A stretch of DNA of 32,000 bases, from the NCBI RefSeq assembly GCF_053102595.1, contig NZ_CM129850.1; one strand, given 5' to 3'. Position numbers and translations under genes: made by a program. This document shows positions 1 to 9,900 of this stretch, one piece after another (positions within the stretch are counted from its first letter, which is position 1; each line of letters opens with the position of its first letter). A model generated the notes under the pieces. The model was not told the DNA's origin. It saw only the letters and a list, made by a program, of their open reading frames with translations, and ran no database searches.

Positions 1-1015
1 GGGGATCTCCTGGCAAACCGGGATGGGCGCGATATTCTGGGGTGCAATTGGGCTATTTTTGCTCACGCTGTTTCGTATCCGGTACTGGATGATCTCCAAC
101 ATTCCATTAAGTTTACGTATTGGTATCACCAGTGGAATTGGATTATTTATCGCCTTAATGGGATTAAAAAATACTGGCGTTATTGTCGCCAATAAAGACA
201 CCCTGGTGATGATTGGCGATTTAAGTTCTCACGGTGTGTTGTTAGGTATTTTAGGGTTTTTTATTATAACCGTGTTGTCATCACGTCATTTTCATGCCGC
301 GGTGCTGGTTTCCATCGTCGTCACTTCCTGCTGTGGATTATTTTTCGGTGATGTTCATTTTAGCGGCGTCTATTCCATTCCGCCTGATATTAGCGGCGTC
401 ATTGGTGAAGTAGATTTGAGCGGCGCGTTAACACTTGAACTCGCCGGTATCATTTTCTCCTTTATGCTGATCAACCTATTTGATTCATCAGGAACATTAA
501 TTGGTGTAACTGATAAAGCTGGCTTAATAGATAGTAACGGTAAATTCCCCAATATGAATAAGGCGCTGTATGTTGATAGCGTCAGTTCGGTGGCGGGTGC
601 GTTTATCGGCACCTCGTCTGTTACTGCCTATATTGAAAGTACTTCTGGTGTGGCAGTCGGTGGCCGCACGGGGCTGACTGCGGTTGTGGTTGGCGTTATG
701 TTCCTGTTGGTTATGTTCTTCTCACCGCTGGTGGCGATGGTTCCTCCTTACGCAACCGCTGGAGCGTTAATCTTTGTTGGCGTGCTGATGACTTCGAGCC
801 TGGCGCGCGTTAACTGGGATGATTTTACCGAATCGGTGCCTGCGTTTATTACCACGGTGATGATGCCCTTTACTTTCTCGATCACCGAAGGGATTGCACT
901 CGGCTTTATGTCGTACTGCATCATGAAAGTGTGCACCGGGCGCTGGCGCGATCTGAACCTGTGTGTGGTGGTGGTCGCAGCTCTATTTGCACTCAAGATT
1001 ATTCTGGTGGATTAG
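1..1015 (+). CDS. adeQ: Adenine permease AdeQ/YicO (NCS2/AzgA family), 5'-truncated by the window edge
   Basis: The frame of ORF 23..1015 stays open back to the window start. The product is polytopic and hydrophobic and ends ...CIMKVCTGRWRDLNLCVVVVAALFALKIILVD, which I recognise as E. coli YicO/AdeQ. Synteny with yicN and nepI supports the call. Confidence 0.88.
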   Translation, partial: GISWQTGMGAIFWGAIGLFLLTLFRIRYWMISNIPLSLRIGITSGIGLFIALMGLKNTGVIVANKDTLVMIGDLSSHGVLLGILGFFIITVLSSRHFHAAVLVSIVVTSCCGLFFGDVHFSGVYSIPPDISGVIGEVDLSGALTLELAGIIFSFMLINLFDSSGTLIGVTDKAGLIDSNGKFPNMNKALYVDSVSSVAGAFIGTSSVTAYIESTSGVAVGGRTGLTAVVVGVMFLLVMFFSPLVAMVPPYATAGALIFVGVLMTSSLARVNWDDFTESVPAFITTVMMPFTFSITEGIALGFMSYCIMKVCTGRWRDLNLCVVVVAALFALKIILVD

Positions 1016-1067
1016 TAACTGGCGAGGGTTTCCAGATATCATGAGTTCTGATTACGCAGGAGAACTC

Positions 1068-1520
1068 ATGATCTGGATAATGCTCGCCACGCTGGCGGTA
1101 GTGTTTGTGGTTGGTTTTCGGGTGCTGACATCCGGGGCCAGAAAAGCGATTCGCCGTCTCAGCGATCGGCTGAATATCGATGTCGTACCCGTGGAGTCGA
1201 TGGTCGATCAAATGGGAAAGTCAGCTGGTGACGAATTTTTACGTTATTTGCATCGTCCGGATGAGTCGCACCTGCAAAACGCCGCGCAGGTGTTGCTCAT
1301 CTGGCAAATTGTCATTGTCGATGGTAGCGAACAGAACCTGCTGCAATGGCATCGGATTTTACAAAAAGCCCGCCTTGCCGCGCCGATTACCGATGCTCAG
1401 GTCAGGCTGGCGCTGGGTTTTCTGCGCGAAACTGAACCTGAAATGCAGGATATTAATGCTTTTCAGATGCGCTATAACGCATTCTTTCAGCCTGCCGAGG
1501 GCGTTCACTGGCTGCATTAA
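1068..1520 (+). CDS. yicN: YicN, small membrane-anchored protein of unknown function (150 aa)
   Basis: The internal ATG at 1068 is preceded by AGGAG at 1058-1062. The product MIWIMLATLAVVFVVGFRVLTSG...AEGVHWLH matches my recollection of E. coli YicN. The 5' extension to 963 overlaps the adeQ 3' end and is rejected. Confidence 0.85.
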   Translation: MIWIMLATLAVVFVVGFRVLTSGARKAIRRLSDRLNIDVVPVESMVDQMGKSAGDEFLRYLHRPDESHLQNAAQVLLIWQIVIVDGSEQNLLQWHRILQKARLAAPITDAQVRLALGFLRETEPEMQDINAFQMRYNAFFQPAEGVHWLH

Positions 1521-1565
1521 AACCGCTTCGTCTTATCAGCCAACAGACCGTGCCTGACCTGTCGA

Positions 1566-1595
1566 GTGGATAAGGCGTTCACGCCGCGTCCGGTA
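1566..1595. repeat. REP-like (repetitive extragenic palindrome) element
   Basis: The sequence gtggataaggcgttcacgccgcgtccggta resembles the E. coli REP consensus (GGATAAGGCGTTCACGCCGCATCCGG). It is intergenic, between the convergent yicN and the antitoxin gene. Confidence 0.45.
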
Positions 1596-1634
1596 TCGGA
1601 ACAGACAGTAGGTGACGCATTATCTACGTTCTAT

Positions 1635-1958
1635 TTACAGCAGCACCTCCAGCCCGTGTTTTTGCACAATGCTGAGCAGTTTTAATGAAATGCCATTGGG
1701 GCGTTTAGCGCCACTTTCCCATTTTTGTACAGTTGAAACGCTGGTATTGAGATAGTGAGCGAAGACGGGCTGACTCACTTTTAATTTTTCCCGCAGTGCT
1801 TTTATCTCAACAGGTTGTAGGTCTTGCACGCTGGTCAGGCAGGCTTTGTCAAAAGTACGCATCGTTTCGGCAGAAATAGCATCGACGCTGGACAATCCAG
1901 CCGCTGCGCTGTGAATAGCCTCAAATGCAGGACTTTTAAATTTAGTTTTTGCAGTCAT
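1635..1958 (-). CDS. Type II antitoxin, XRE-family helix-turn-helix (HigA2/NadS-like, COG2944-type)
   Basis: The 107-aa product has a C-terminal HTH motif (LKVSQPVFAHYLNTSVSTVQKWESGAKRPNGISLKLL). It overlaps the upstream toxin ORF by 17 nt. The toxin-first gene order is typical of HigBA-type modules. Confidence 0.8.
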   Translation of the reverse strand: MTAKTKFKSPAFEAIHSAAAGLSSVDAISAETMRTFDKACLTSVQDLQPVEIKALREKLKVSQPVFAHYLNTSVSTVQKWESGAKRPNGISLKLLSIVQKHGLEVLL

Positions 1959-2301
1959 AGCAGATCTCTGTCAGTTCTTTAGTGTTAATCATTGCTGTTA
2001 GCTGGGCTTTCGTCAGGAAGGCATAATGCTTTGCAAGTTCACGAAACCCAGCCAGTTCCTGACTATTGATGTTCGACATATCCTGTTTTGCATATAAAAA
2101 CGTGTAAAACCAATTGCTTCCCCCTTTTGCCAGAATAATTGCACGCTCACGATTTTGGTGAAGGCGCTTTTTAAAAACGCCACCACCAAGTGCATCAGCT
2201 TTACCTTGCTCCGTTTCTAAAATGGCCCGGCACAACTCTTCATCTGTTATTGCATGAGACCTGGCTTCCATTGCAAACCATTTGGTTTTAAACACGCGCA
2301 T
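1942..2301 (-). CDS. Type II toxin, RelE/ParE superfamily (HigB2-like, COG4737-type)
   Basis: The product is a small basic protein of 119 aa (MRVFKTKWFAMEARSHAITDEELCRAI...GGGVFKKRLHQNRERAIILAKGG...). It is translationally coupled to the HTH antitoxin downstream. The sequence pattern is what I associate with this toxin family. Confidence 0.72.
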   Translation of the reverse strand: MRVFKTKWFAMEARSHAITDEELCRAILETEQGKADALGGGVFKKRLHQNRERAIILAKGGSNWFYTFLYAKQDMSNINSQELAGFRELAKHYAFLTKAQLTAMINTKELTEICYDCKN

Positions 2302-2321
2302 ATCGTTGAGGTCCTGTTATT

Positions 2322-2348
2322 AAAGTATATCACCAAGTGCAATACTTT
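2322..2348. promoter_or_regulatory. Inverted repeat AAAGTAT-N13-ATACTTT, candidate TA operator
   Basis: A perfect 7-bp inverted repeat lies 21-47 nt upstream of the toxin start codon (2301, minus strand). This is where type II antitoxins usually autoregulate. The function is inferred only. Confidence 0.3.
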
Positions 2349-2528
2349 ATCCCTTATTCCCAACCCAATCGCGAAAATGCATATCAGCTTGCCCTATGAT
2401 TTTTATTTCTTCGAGCAGCCTCGAACTTTTCCCACAACACCGTAAAAGTTGCAAAAACGTTAAATGCGTCACACATTTCAATGTTAAAGTGGTCGGCTTT
2501 TCCCCTGAAACATGCCACGGGTAACACC

Positions 2529-3713
2529 ATGAGTGAATTTATTGCCGAAAACCGCGGCGCGGATGCCATGACCCGACCGAACTGGTCAGCCGTTTTCTCG
2601 GTGGCGTTTTGTGTCGCCTGTCTGATTATCGTTGAGTTTTTGCCCGTCAGTTTGTTGACGCCAATGGCCCAGGATTTAGGCATTTCGGAAGGGGTTGCCG
2701 GGCAATCGGTGACCGTGACCGCCTTTGTGGCAATGTTTGCCAGTTTGTTTATTACCCAGACAATTCAGGCCACTGACCGCCGCTACGTTGTTATTTTATT
2801 TGCCGTTTTGCTGACGCTCTCCTGTTTGCTGGTTTCCTTTGCTAACTCATTCAGTTTGCTTTTAATTGGTCGTGCCTGTCTGGGGCTGGCGCTGGGCGGG
2901 TTCTGGGCGATGTCGGCGTCGCTGACCATGCGTCTGGTACCGCCGCGTACGGTGCCGAAGGCGCTGTCGGTGATCTTCGGCGCGGTTTCTATTGCGCTGG
3001 TGATTGCCGCACCGTTGGGCAGTTTTTTAGGCGAGCTTATCGGTTGGCGCAATGTCTTTAATGCGGCGGCGGTGATGGGCGTGCTGTGTATTTTCTGGAT
3101 TATCAAATCATTGCCTTCGCTGCCAGGCGAACCCTCGCATCAGAAACAAAATACTTTCCGCTTATTACAACGTCCGGGTGTGATGGCAGGGATGATCGCC
3201 ATCTTCATGTCTTTCGCCGGGCAGTTTGCTTTCTTCACGTATATTCGCCCGGTGTATATGAACCTGGCGGGATTCGGCGTGGATGGCTTAACTCTGGTGC
3301 TGTTGAGTTTTGGTATCGCCAGCTTTATCGGTACGTCGCTTTCGTCGTTCATTCTTAAACGTTCGGTAAAACTGGCCTTAGCAGGCGCGCCGTTAATACT
3401 GGCTGTGAGTGCGTTGGTGCTGACGTTGTGGGGAAGCGATAAAATCGTTGCTACCGGCGTGGCGATTATCTGGGGGCTAACTTTTGCATTGGTTCCTGTC
3501 GGCTGGTCAACGTGGATCACCCGCTCACTGGCCGATCAGGCAGAAAAAGCCGGGTCTATTCAGGTGGCGGTTATTCAGCTTGCTAATACCTGTGGCGCGG
3601 CAATCGGCGGTTATGCGCTGGATAATATTGGTCTGACTTCGCCGTTGATGTTGTCCGGCACATTGATGTTGCTGACGGCGTTATTGGTCACCGCAAAGGT
3701 GAAAATGAAGTAA
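2529..3713 (+). CDS. nepI: Purine ribonucleoside efflux pump NepI/YicM (MFS)
   Basis: The internal ATG at 2529 gives [51 protein letters not shown]..., which I recognise as E. coli NepI. The product has a 12-TM MFS profile and is 394 aa. Confidence 0.92.
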   Translation: MSEFIAENRGADAMTRPNWSAVFSVAFCVACLIIVEFLPVSLLTPMAQDLGISEGVAGQSVTVTAFVAMFASLFITQTIQATDRRYVVILFAVLLTLSCLLVSFANSFSLLLIGRACLGLALGGFWAMSASLTMRLVPPRTVPKALSVIFGAVSIALVIAAPLGSFLGELIGWRNVFNAAAVMGVLCIFWIIKSLPSLPGEPSHQKQNTFRLLQRPGVMAGMIAIFMSFAGQFAFFTYIRPVYMNLAGFGVDGLTLVLLSFGIASFIGTSLSSFILKRSVKLALAGAPLILAVSALVLTLWGSDKIVATGVAIIWGLTFALVPVGWSTWITRSLADQAEKAGSIQVAVIQLANTCGAAIGGYALDNIGLTSPLMLSGTLMLLTALLVTAKVKMK

Positions 3714-3914
3714 CGTATTTACAGGAGGGTTATTTCTCTGGCGGGAAAGCTCTCCTGTTCTGCCCCCTGATAACGCTTGATCAGGTATTGTTCTTATCTT
3801 GTTGTTATTTCCATTATTCCGCCTGTATTCATCATTTGCTAATCATGAATCATCATTTTCCCTCATGTTAAAGAAAGGTCATTTAATCTGAACGCATAGC
3901 GACAGGGATGACAA

Positions 3915-6900
3915 ATGGCAGGGAAAGCGCATGGGAATGGCGATCGTCGGGGCGATAACACCATATGTGGATTGGGGGATCGTTTACGTCGTCTGACCGC
4001 CGGTATTTGCCTGATTACACAAACTATATTCCCTGTTATGGCCGCTGCCCCTACGCATATTAATCATGCGCATTCGGATACTGCCACGTCCCTGATCCTG
4101 CCGAACGTTAAAACTATTCCATACACCCTGGGGGCATTGGAAACGCCACCAACGGTCGCGGCACGCTTTGGTATCACCGTTGATGAATTACGTCGCCTGA
4201 ATCAGTTTCGTACCTTTGCGCGGGGCTTTGACAATGTGCGTCAGGGCGATGAAATAGATGTGCCCCTCATTAACAGTAATAGCCCTGAAGCGCGCAACCT
4301 GAAAGCAATGCAGATGGAGCGCGACGGCAAAGATCCGCAAATGCAGGTCGCGGAAGTGGCGCAGCAAAGCGGAACACTTTTAGCTCGCGATATGGACAGC
4401 GAACAGGCGGCGAGTATGGCGCGTGGCTGGGTGGCTTCTTCTGCATCTGCGCAGGCAACGGACTGGCTCAGTCGTTGGGGAACTGCCCGGGTATCTCTTG
4501 GTGTGGATGAAGATTTCAGCCTTAAAAGCTCTTCATTCGAATTTCTCCATCCCTGGTACGAAACGCCGGATAACCTGGTCTTCAGCCAGCACACACTTCA
4601 CCGTACGGATGATCGCACTCAAACCAACCACGGTATCGGCTGGCGTTATTTCACCCCGAGCTGGATGTCTGGCGTCAATATGTTTATCGATCATGACCTG
4701 ACCCGCTATCACACCCGAACCGGGATGGGCGTTGAATACTGGCGCGATTACCTGAAACTGAGCGGCAACGGTTATCTGCGCCTGAGTAACTGGCGTAGTG
4801 CACCGGAACTCGACAATGACTATGAAGCACGTCCGGCGAACGGTTGGGATCTTCGCGCCGAAGGCTGGTTACCGGCCTGGCCGCAGCTGGGCGGCAAGCT
4901 GGTCTATGAACAATATTATGGCGATGAAGTGGCGCTGTTTGGTAAAGACGAGCGACAAAATGATCCTCACGCGATTACCGCAGGTTTGAGTTACACCCCC
5001 GTTCCCTTAATCTCCTTTAGTGCCGAGCAACGGCAGGGCAAACAGGGAGAAAACGACACCCGAATTGGTATGGAGTTGACGTTGCAACCTGGTCATTCAC
5101 TGCAAAAACAGCTCGATCCAGCTGAAGTTGCAGCTCGGCGCAGCCTTGTGGGTAGTCGCTATGACCTGGTCGATCGTAATAACAATATCGTCCTCGAATA
5201 TCGCAAGAAAGAGCTGGTACGGCTGACGCTGACCGATCCGCTGAAAGGCAAGCCGGGTGAGGTTAAATCGCTGGTTTCTTCCTTACAGACCAAATATGCG
5301 CTGAAAGGTTATGACATCGAAGCCGCCTCCCTGCAATCAGCGGGCGGAAAAGTAGCAGTTTCCGGCAAGGATATTCAGGTCACTATTCCTCCCTACCGAT
5401 TCACGGCAATGCCTGAAACCGACAACACTTACCCGATAGCGGTTACAGCGGAAGATTCGAAAGGAAATTTCTCCCGGCGTGAAGAAAGTATGGTGGTCGT
5501 GGAAAAACCCACACTAAGCCTCGCCGATTCAACGCTTTCTGTCGATCTGCAAATCCTGCTTGCTGATGGAAAATCAACCTCAACGCTGACCTATACCGCG
5601 CGAGATTCCAGCGGCAAGCCAATCCCAGGTATGACGTTAAAAACACAGGTGAAAGGTTTGCAGGATTTCGCCTTAAGCGAATGGAAAGACAACGGTAACG
5701 GAACCTATACCCAAATAGTTACCGCCGGGAAGACGTCTGGCGCGTTATCGCTGATGCCGCAATTTAACGGCGACGATATCGCTAAGACGCCAGCGCTGAT
5801 TGCTATCGTGGCGAATACGGCATCCCGCGCTGACTCCACGATTGAGACAGACCAGGATAATTACGTCGCGGGTAAGCCGATAGTCGTTAAAGTGACCCTG
5901 AGAGATGATAACGGCAACGGGGTTACCGGACGAAAAGAACTTCTCAAACAAACCGTTAAAGTAGACAACACGAAGGCTGATGCCGTTAGTGCCTGGACGG
6001 AAGAAAGTGAGGGAATTTACAAAGCAAGCTATACGGCCCATCTCATTGGCGACAAATTAACGGCCCAGCTGACGATGCCCGGCTGGCAAACCAAACATTC
6101 GGATGCGTTCAGTATTGCGGGTGATAAAGATACCGCCAAAATCGCTGCGATGCAGATCACCGCGAATAACGCAGTTGCCAGACGCGATCACAATACCGTC
6201 GCTGTGACGGTCAGGGATGTGCATCAAAATTTACTGCAGGGACAAAATGTTACCTTCACGGTCGTGAATGGTGCGGCGGTTTTTGCCGATCCGAATGGCG
6301 GTATTGTGACGACAGATAAAGACGGGATAGCCAGCGTTAACCTTGCCAGTGACCAGGCGGTAAACAGTCTTATCAAGGCCGAGATCAATGGCAGTAGTCA
6401 GTCTGTGGAAGTGAGCTTTATCACTGGCGATATCTCGCAGCTGACCTCCACCATCAAGACGGACGATGTGTCATACACTGCGGGTGGCAAGATAAAAGTG
6501 TCCGTCACCCTTATGGATGAGCAGAAAAACCTGGTGAAAGGGATGGCTTCGCTGCTGGCGGGTAGCGGTGTGGTCGAGGTGAGCGGTACAGATAAAAATG
6601 AAACGGGTAACTGGAGCGAAGAGTCTGACGGCGTTTACACCACCACCCGAACCGCGAAGATTGCTAGCGATCGCCATTACGCCACGCTGAAACTATCGAC
6701 ATGGAGTAGCGCGCAGCAATCCGATGCGTATGCCATCCGCGAAAGCGGAGCTGTGCTGGCTTATTCCTCCATCGTTACCGACAAAACGACCTACACCGCG
6801 GGCGGCGTGATAAAAGTTACGGTAACACTCAAGGATAGCTATGAAAACCTGGTCGGGGGGCAACGAGACGCTATCAACCTGGCTATCCAGCTGCCAAATA

Positions 6901-9900
6901 CAAAAGCGGAAAGCATCGCCTGGAATGAAGATCAAAAAGGAATTTATACCGCAACGTATACCGCCTTACTCCCTGGCACCGGTTTAAAAGCACAGCTACA
7001 GATGTCCGACTGGGCGAGCGCTCTGACTTCAAATGATTACAGTATTAGTGGCGATGCCGCCAGCGCACAAATTGTCGCGATGCAAGTGACAACGGGTAAC
7101 CCGGATGTGCTGGCGAATGGCAGCGATCGACATACGGTGAATGTCCGGGTGGAAGATCAGTTTGGCAATGTGCTGCCGGAGCAGACCGTCACCTTTACGG
7201 TGACGAAGGGGGCGGCTGTATTTGCCAATGCAGGGCAGAGCGCAGATATCAGGACGGATGCGCATGGTATGGCAGAGGTTGATCTGAGCAGTACCGTAGC
7301 GGATGCCAGCACTGTTGAGGCTAAGGTCAATCAAAGCAGCGATAGTAAAACGGTGAACTTTGTTGCTGATGTCAGCACGGCGCAGATCGCTGATCTGGTG
7401 GTCATTAAGGATGGCTCAGTGGCAGACGGTTCGACGGCGAACACGCTGCGGGTGAGGGTGACGGATGCGTTCGGTAATGCGCTGGACGGGCAGACGGTCA
7501 GCGTGTTGGCGGACAACAGCGCAACGGTCGCTCCGACGGTTATCACCGAGCCGGACGGGACGGTGGAGATCTCTGTTACCAGCCAGACGGCGGGAGTCAG
7601 TGCGGTCACCGCCAGTATCAACAACAGCAGCCTGAGCCGGAACGTGACGTTTGTTGCCGATGTCAGGACGGCGAAGATCGCTGATCTGGAGGTCATTAAG
7701 GATGGTTCAGAGGCGGACGGTGCGACGGCGAACACGCTGCGTGCGAGGGTAACCGATGCATTCGGAAATGCGCTTGCCGGGCAGACGGTCAGCGTGACTG
7801 CAGGCAACAGCGCAACGGTCGCTTCGACGGTGACCACAAAGCCGGACGGCACGGTGGAGATCAGTGTCACCAGCCAGACGGCGGGAGTCAGTACTGTCAC
7901 CGCCAGCATCAACAGCAGCAGTCAGAGCCGGGATGTGACGTTTGTCGCTGATGTCAGGACGGCGAAGATCGCGGACCTGGTGGTCACCCGGGATAACTCA
8001 GTGGCAGACGCTTCGACGGCGAATACGCTGCAGGTGAAGGTCACCGATGCTAACGGTAATACGCTTGCCGGGCAGACGGTCAGCGTGACTGCAGGCAACA
8101 GCGCAACGGTCGCTTCGACGGTGACCACAAAGCCGGACGGGACGGTGGAGATCAGTGTCACCAGTCAGACGGCGGGGAGCAGTACTGTCACTGCCAGCAT
8201 CAACAGCAGCAGCCTGAGCCGGAACGTGACGTTTATTGCGGATGTCAGGACGGCGCAGATCGCGGATCTGGTGGTCATTAAGGATGGTTCAGAGGCGGAC
8301 GGTGCGACGGCGAACACGCTGCGGGCGAGGGTGACCGATGCGTTCGGGAATGCGCTTGCCGGGCAGACGGTCAGCGTGTTGGCGGACAACGGCGCAACGG
8401 TCGCTTCGACGGTCACCACAGGGCCGGACGGCACGGTGGAGATTTCTGTCATCAGCCAGACAGCCGGAATCAGTGCGGTCACTGCCAGCATCAACAGCAG
8501 CAGTCAGAGCCGGGACGTGACATTTATCGCCGATGTCAGGACGGCGCAGATCGCGGAGCTGGTGGTTATTAAGGATGGTTCAGAGGCAGACGGTGCGACG
8601 GCGAACACGCTGCAGGTGAAGGTCACCGATGCTAACGGCAATGCGCTTGCCGGGCAGACGGTCAGCGTGTTGGCGGACAACGGCGCAACGACTGCCCCGA
8701 CGGTTATCACCGAGCCGGACGGTAAGGTGGAGATCTCTGTTACCAGTCAGACGGCGGGAGTCAGTGCAGTCACTGCCAGCATCAACAACAGCACCCTGAG
8801 CCAGAACGTGATGTTTATCGCCGATATCAGGACGGCGCAGATCGCAGACCTGGCGGTTATTAAGGACGGCTCAGTGGCAGACGGTGCGACGGCGAATACG
8901 CTGCAGGTGAGGGTCACGGATGCGTTCGGTAATGCGCTTGCCGGGCAGACGGTCAGCGTGATGGCGGACAACGGTGCTACGGTCACTCCGACTGTCATCA
9001 CAGGGCAGGACGGGACGGTGGAGGTCAGTATCACCAGCCAGACGGCAGGCACCAGTACAGGCACTGCCAGCATCAACAACAGCAGCCTGAGCCGGAACGT
9101 GACGTTTATTGCGGATGTCAGGACGGCGAAGATCGCTGATCTGGTAGTCACCCGGGATAACGCGGTGGCAGACGGTGCAATGGCGAATACGCTGCAAGTG
9201 AAGGTCACCGATGCATTCGGGAATGCGCTGAATGGGCAGACGGTCAGCGTGTTGGCGGACAACGGTGCCACGACTGCTCCGACGGTCACCACGCAGCCGG
9301 ACGGCACGGTGGAGATCTCTGTCACCAGCCAGACGGCGGGAGTCAGTGCGGTCACCGCCAGCATCAACAACAGCAGCCTGAGCCGGAACGTGACGTTTAT
9401 TGCGGATGTCAGGACGGCGCAGATCGCGGATCTGGTGGTCATTAAGGACGACTCAGTGGCAGACGGTGCAATGGCGAATATGCTGCGGGCGAGGGTCACC
9501 GATGCGTTCGGTAATACGCTTGCCGGGCAGACGGTCAGCGTGACGGCAGGCAACGGCGCAACGGTCACTCCGACGGTCACCACGCAGCCGGACGGCACGG
9601 TGGAGATCAGTGTCACCAGCCAGACGGCGGGGATCAGTACAGTCACTGCAACCATCAACAACAGCAGCCTGAGCCGGGATGTGACGTTTGTCGCGGATGT
9701 CAGGACGGCGAAGATCGCTGATCTGGTGGTCATTAAGGACGGCTCAGTGGCTGACGGCGCAATGGCGAACATGCTGCAGGTAAAGGTTACCGATGCTAAC
9801 GGCAATGTGCTTGCCGGGCAGACGGTCAGCATGATGGCAGGCAACGGTGCAACGGTTGCCCCGACGGTGATTACAGAGCCGGACGGTACGGTGGAGATCC

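Noticed and set aside
963-1067. An upstream extension of yicN (start at 963), and the overlapping ORFs 1180..1557 (+) and 999..1211 (-).
   Set aside because: The extension overlaps the adeQ 3' end and lacks an SD. The ATG at 1068 has AGGAG upstream and reproduces the known YicN N-terminus. The other ORFs are out-of-frame overlaps.
2384-2683. A 99-aa minus-strand ORF, and the 16-codon upstream extension of nepI (start at 2481).
   Set aside because: The minus-strand ORF overlaps the nepI 5' end in antisense and has no homology. NepI begins [10 protein letters not shown] at 2529.
3722-3760. An imperfect hairpin (acaggag...ctcctgt) after the nepI stop, considered as a terminator.
   Set aside because: The stem is only 7 bp with a loop of about 24 nt and no following T-tract. 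This is not convincing as an intrinsic terminator.
4241-7334. Miscellaneous 60-126-aa ORFs on either strand inside the 5' third of the adhesin gene (for example 4241..4594, 5745..6041, 7029..7334).
   Set aside because: All are nested within, or antisense to, the well-supported adhesin frame, and none has a recognisable motif.
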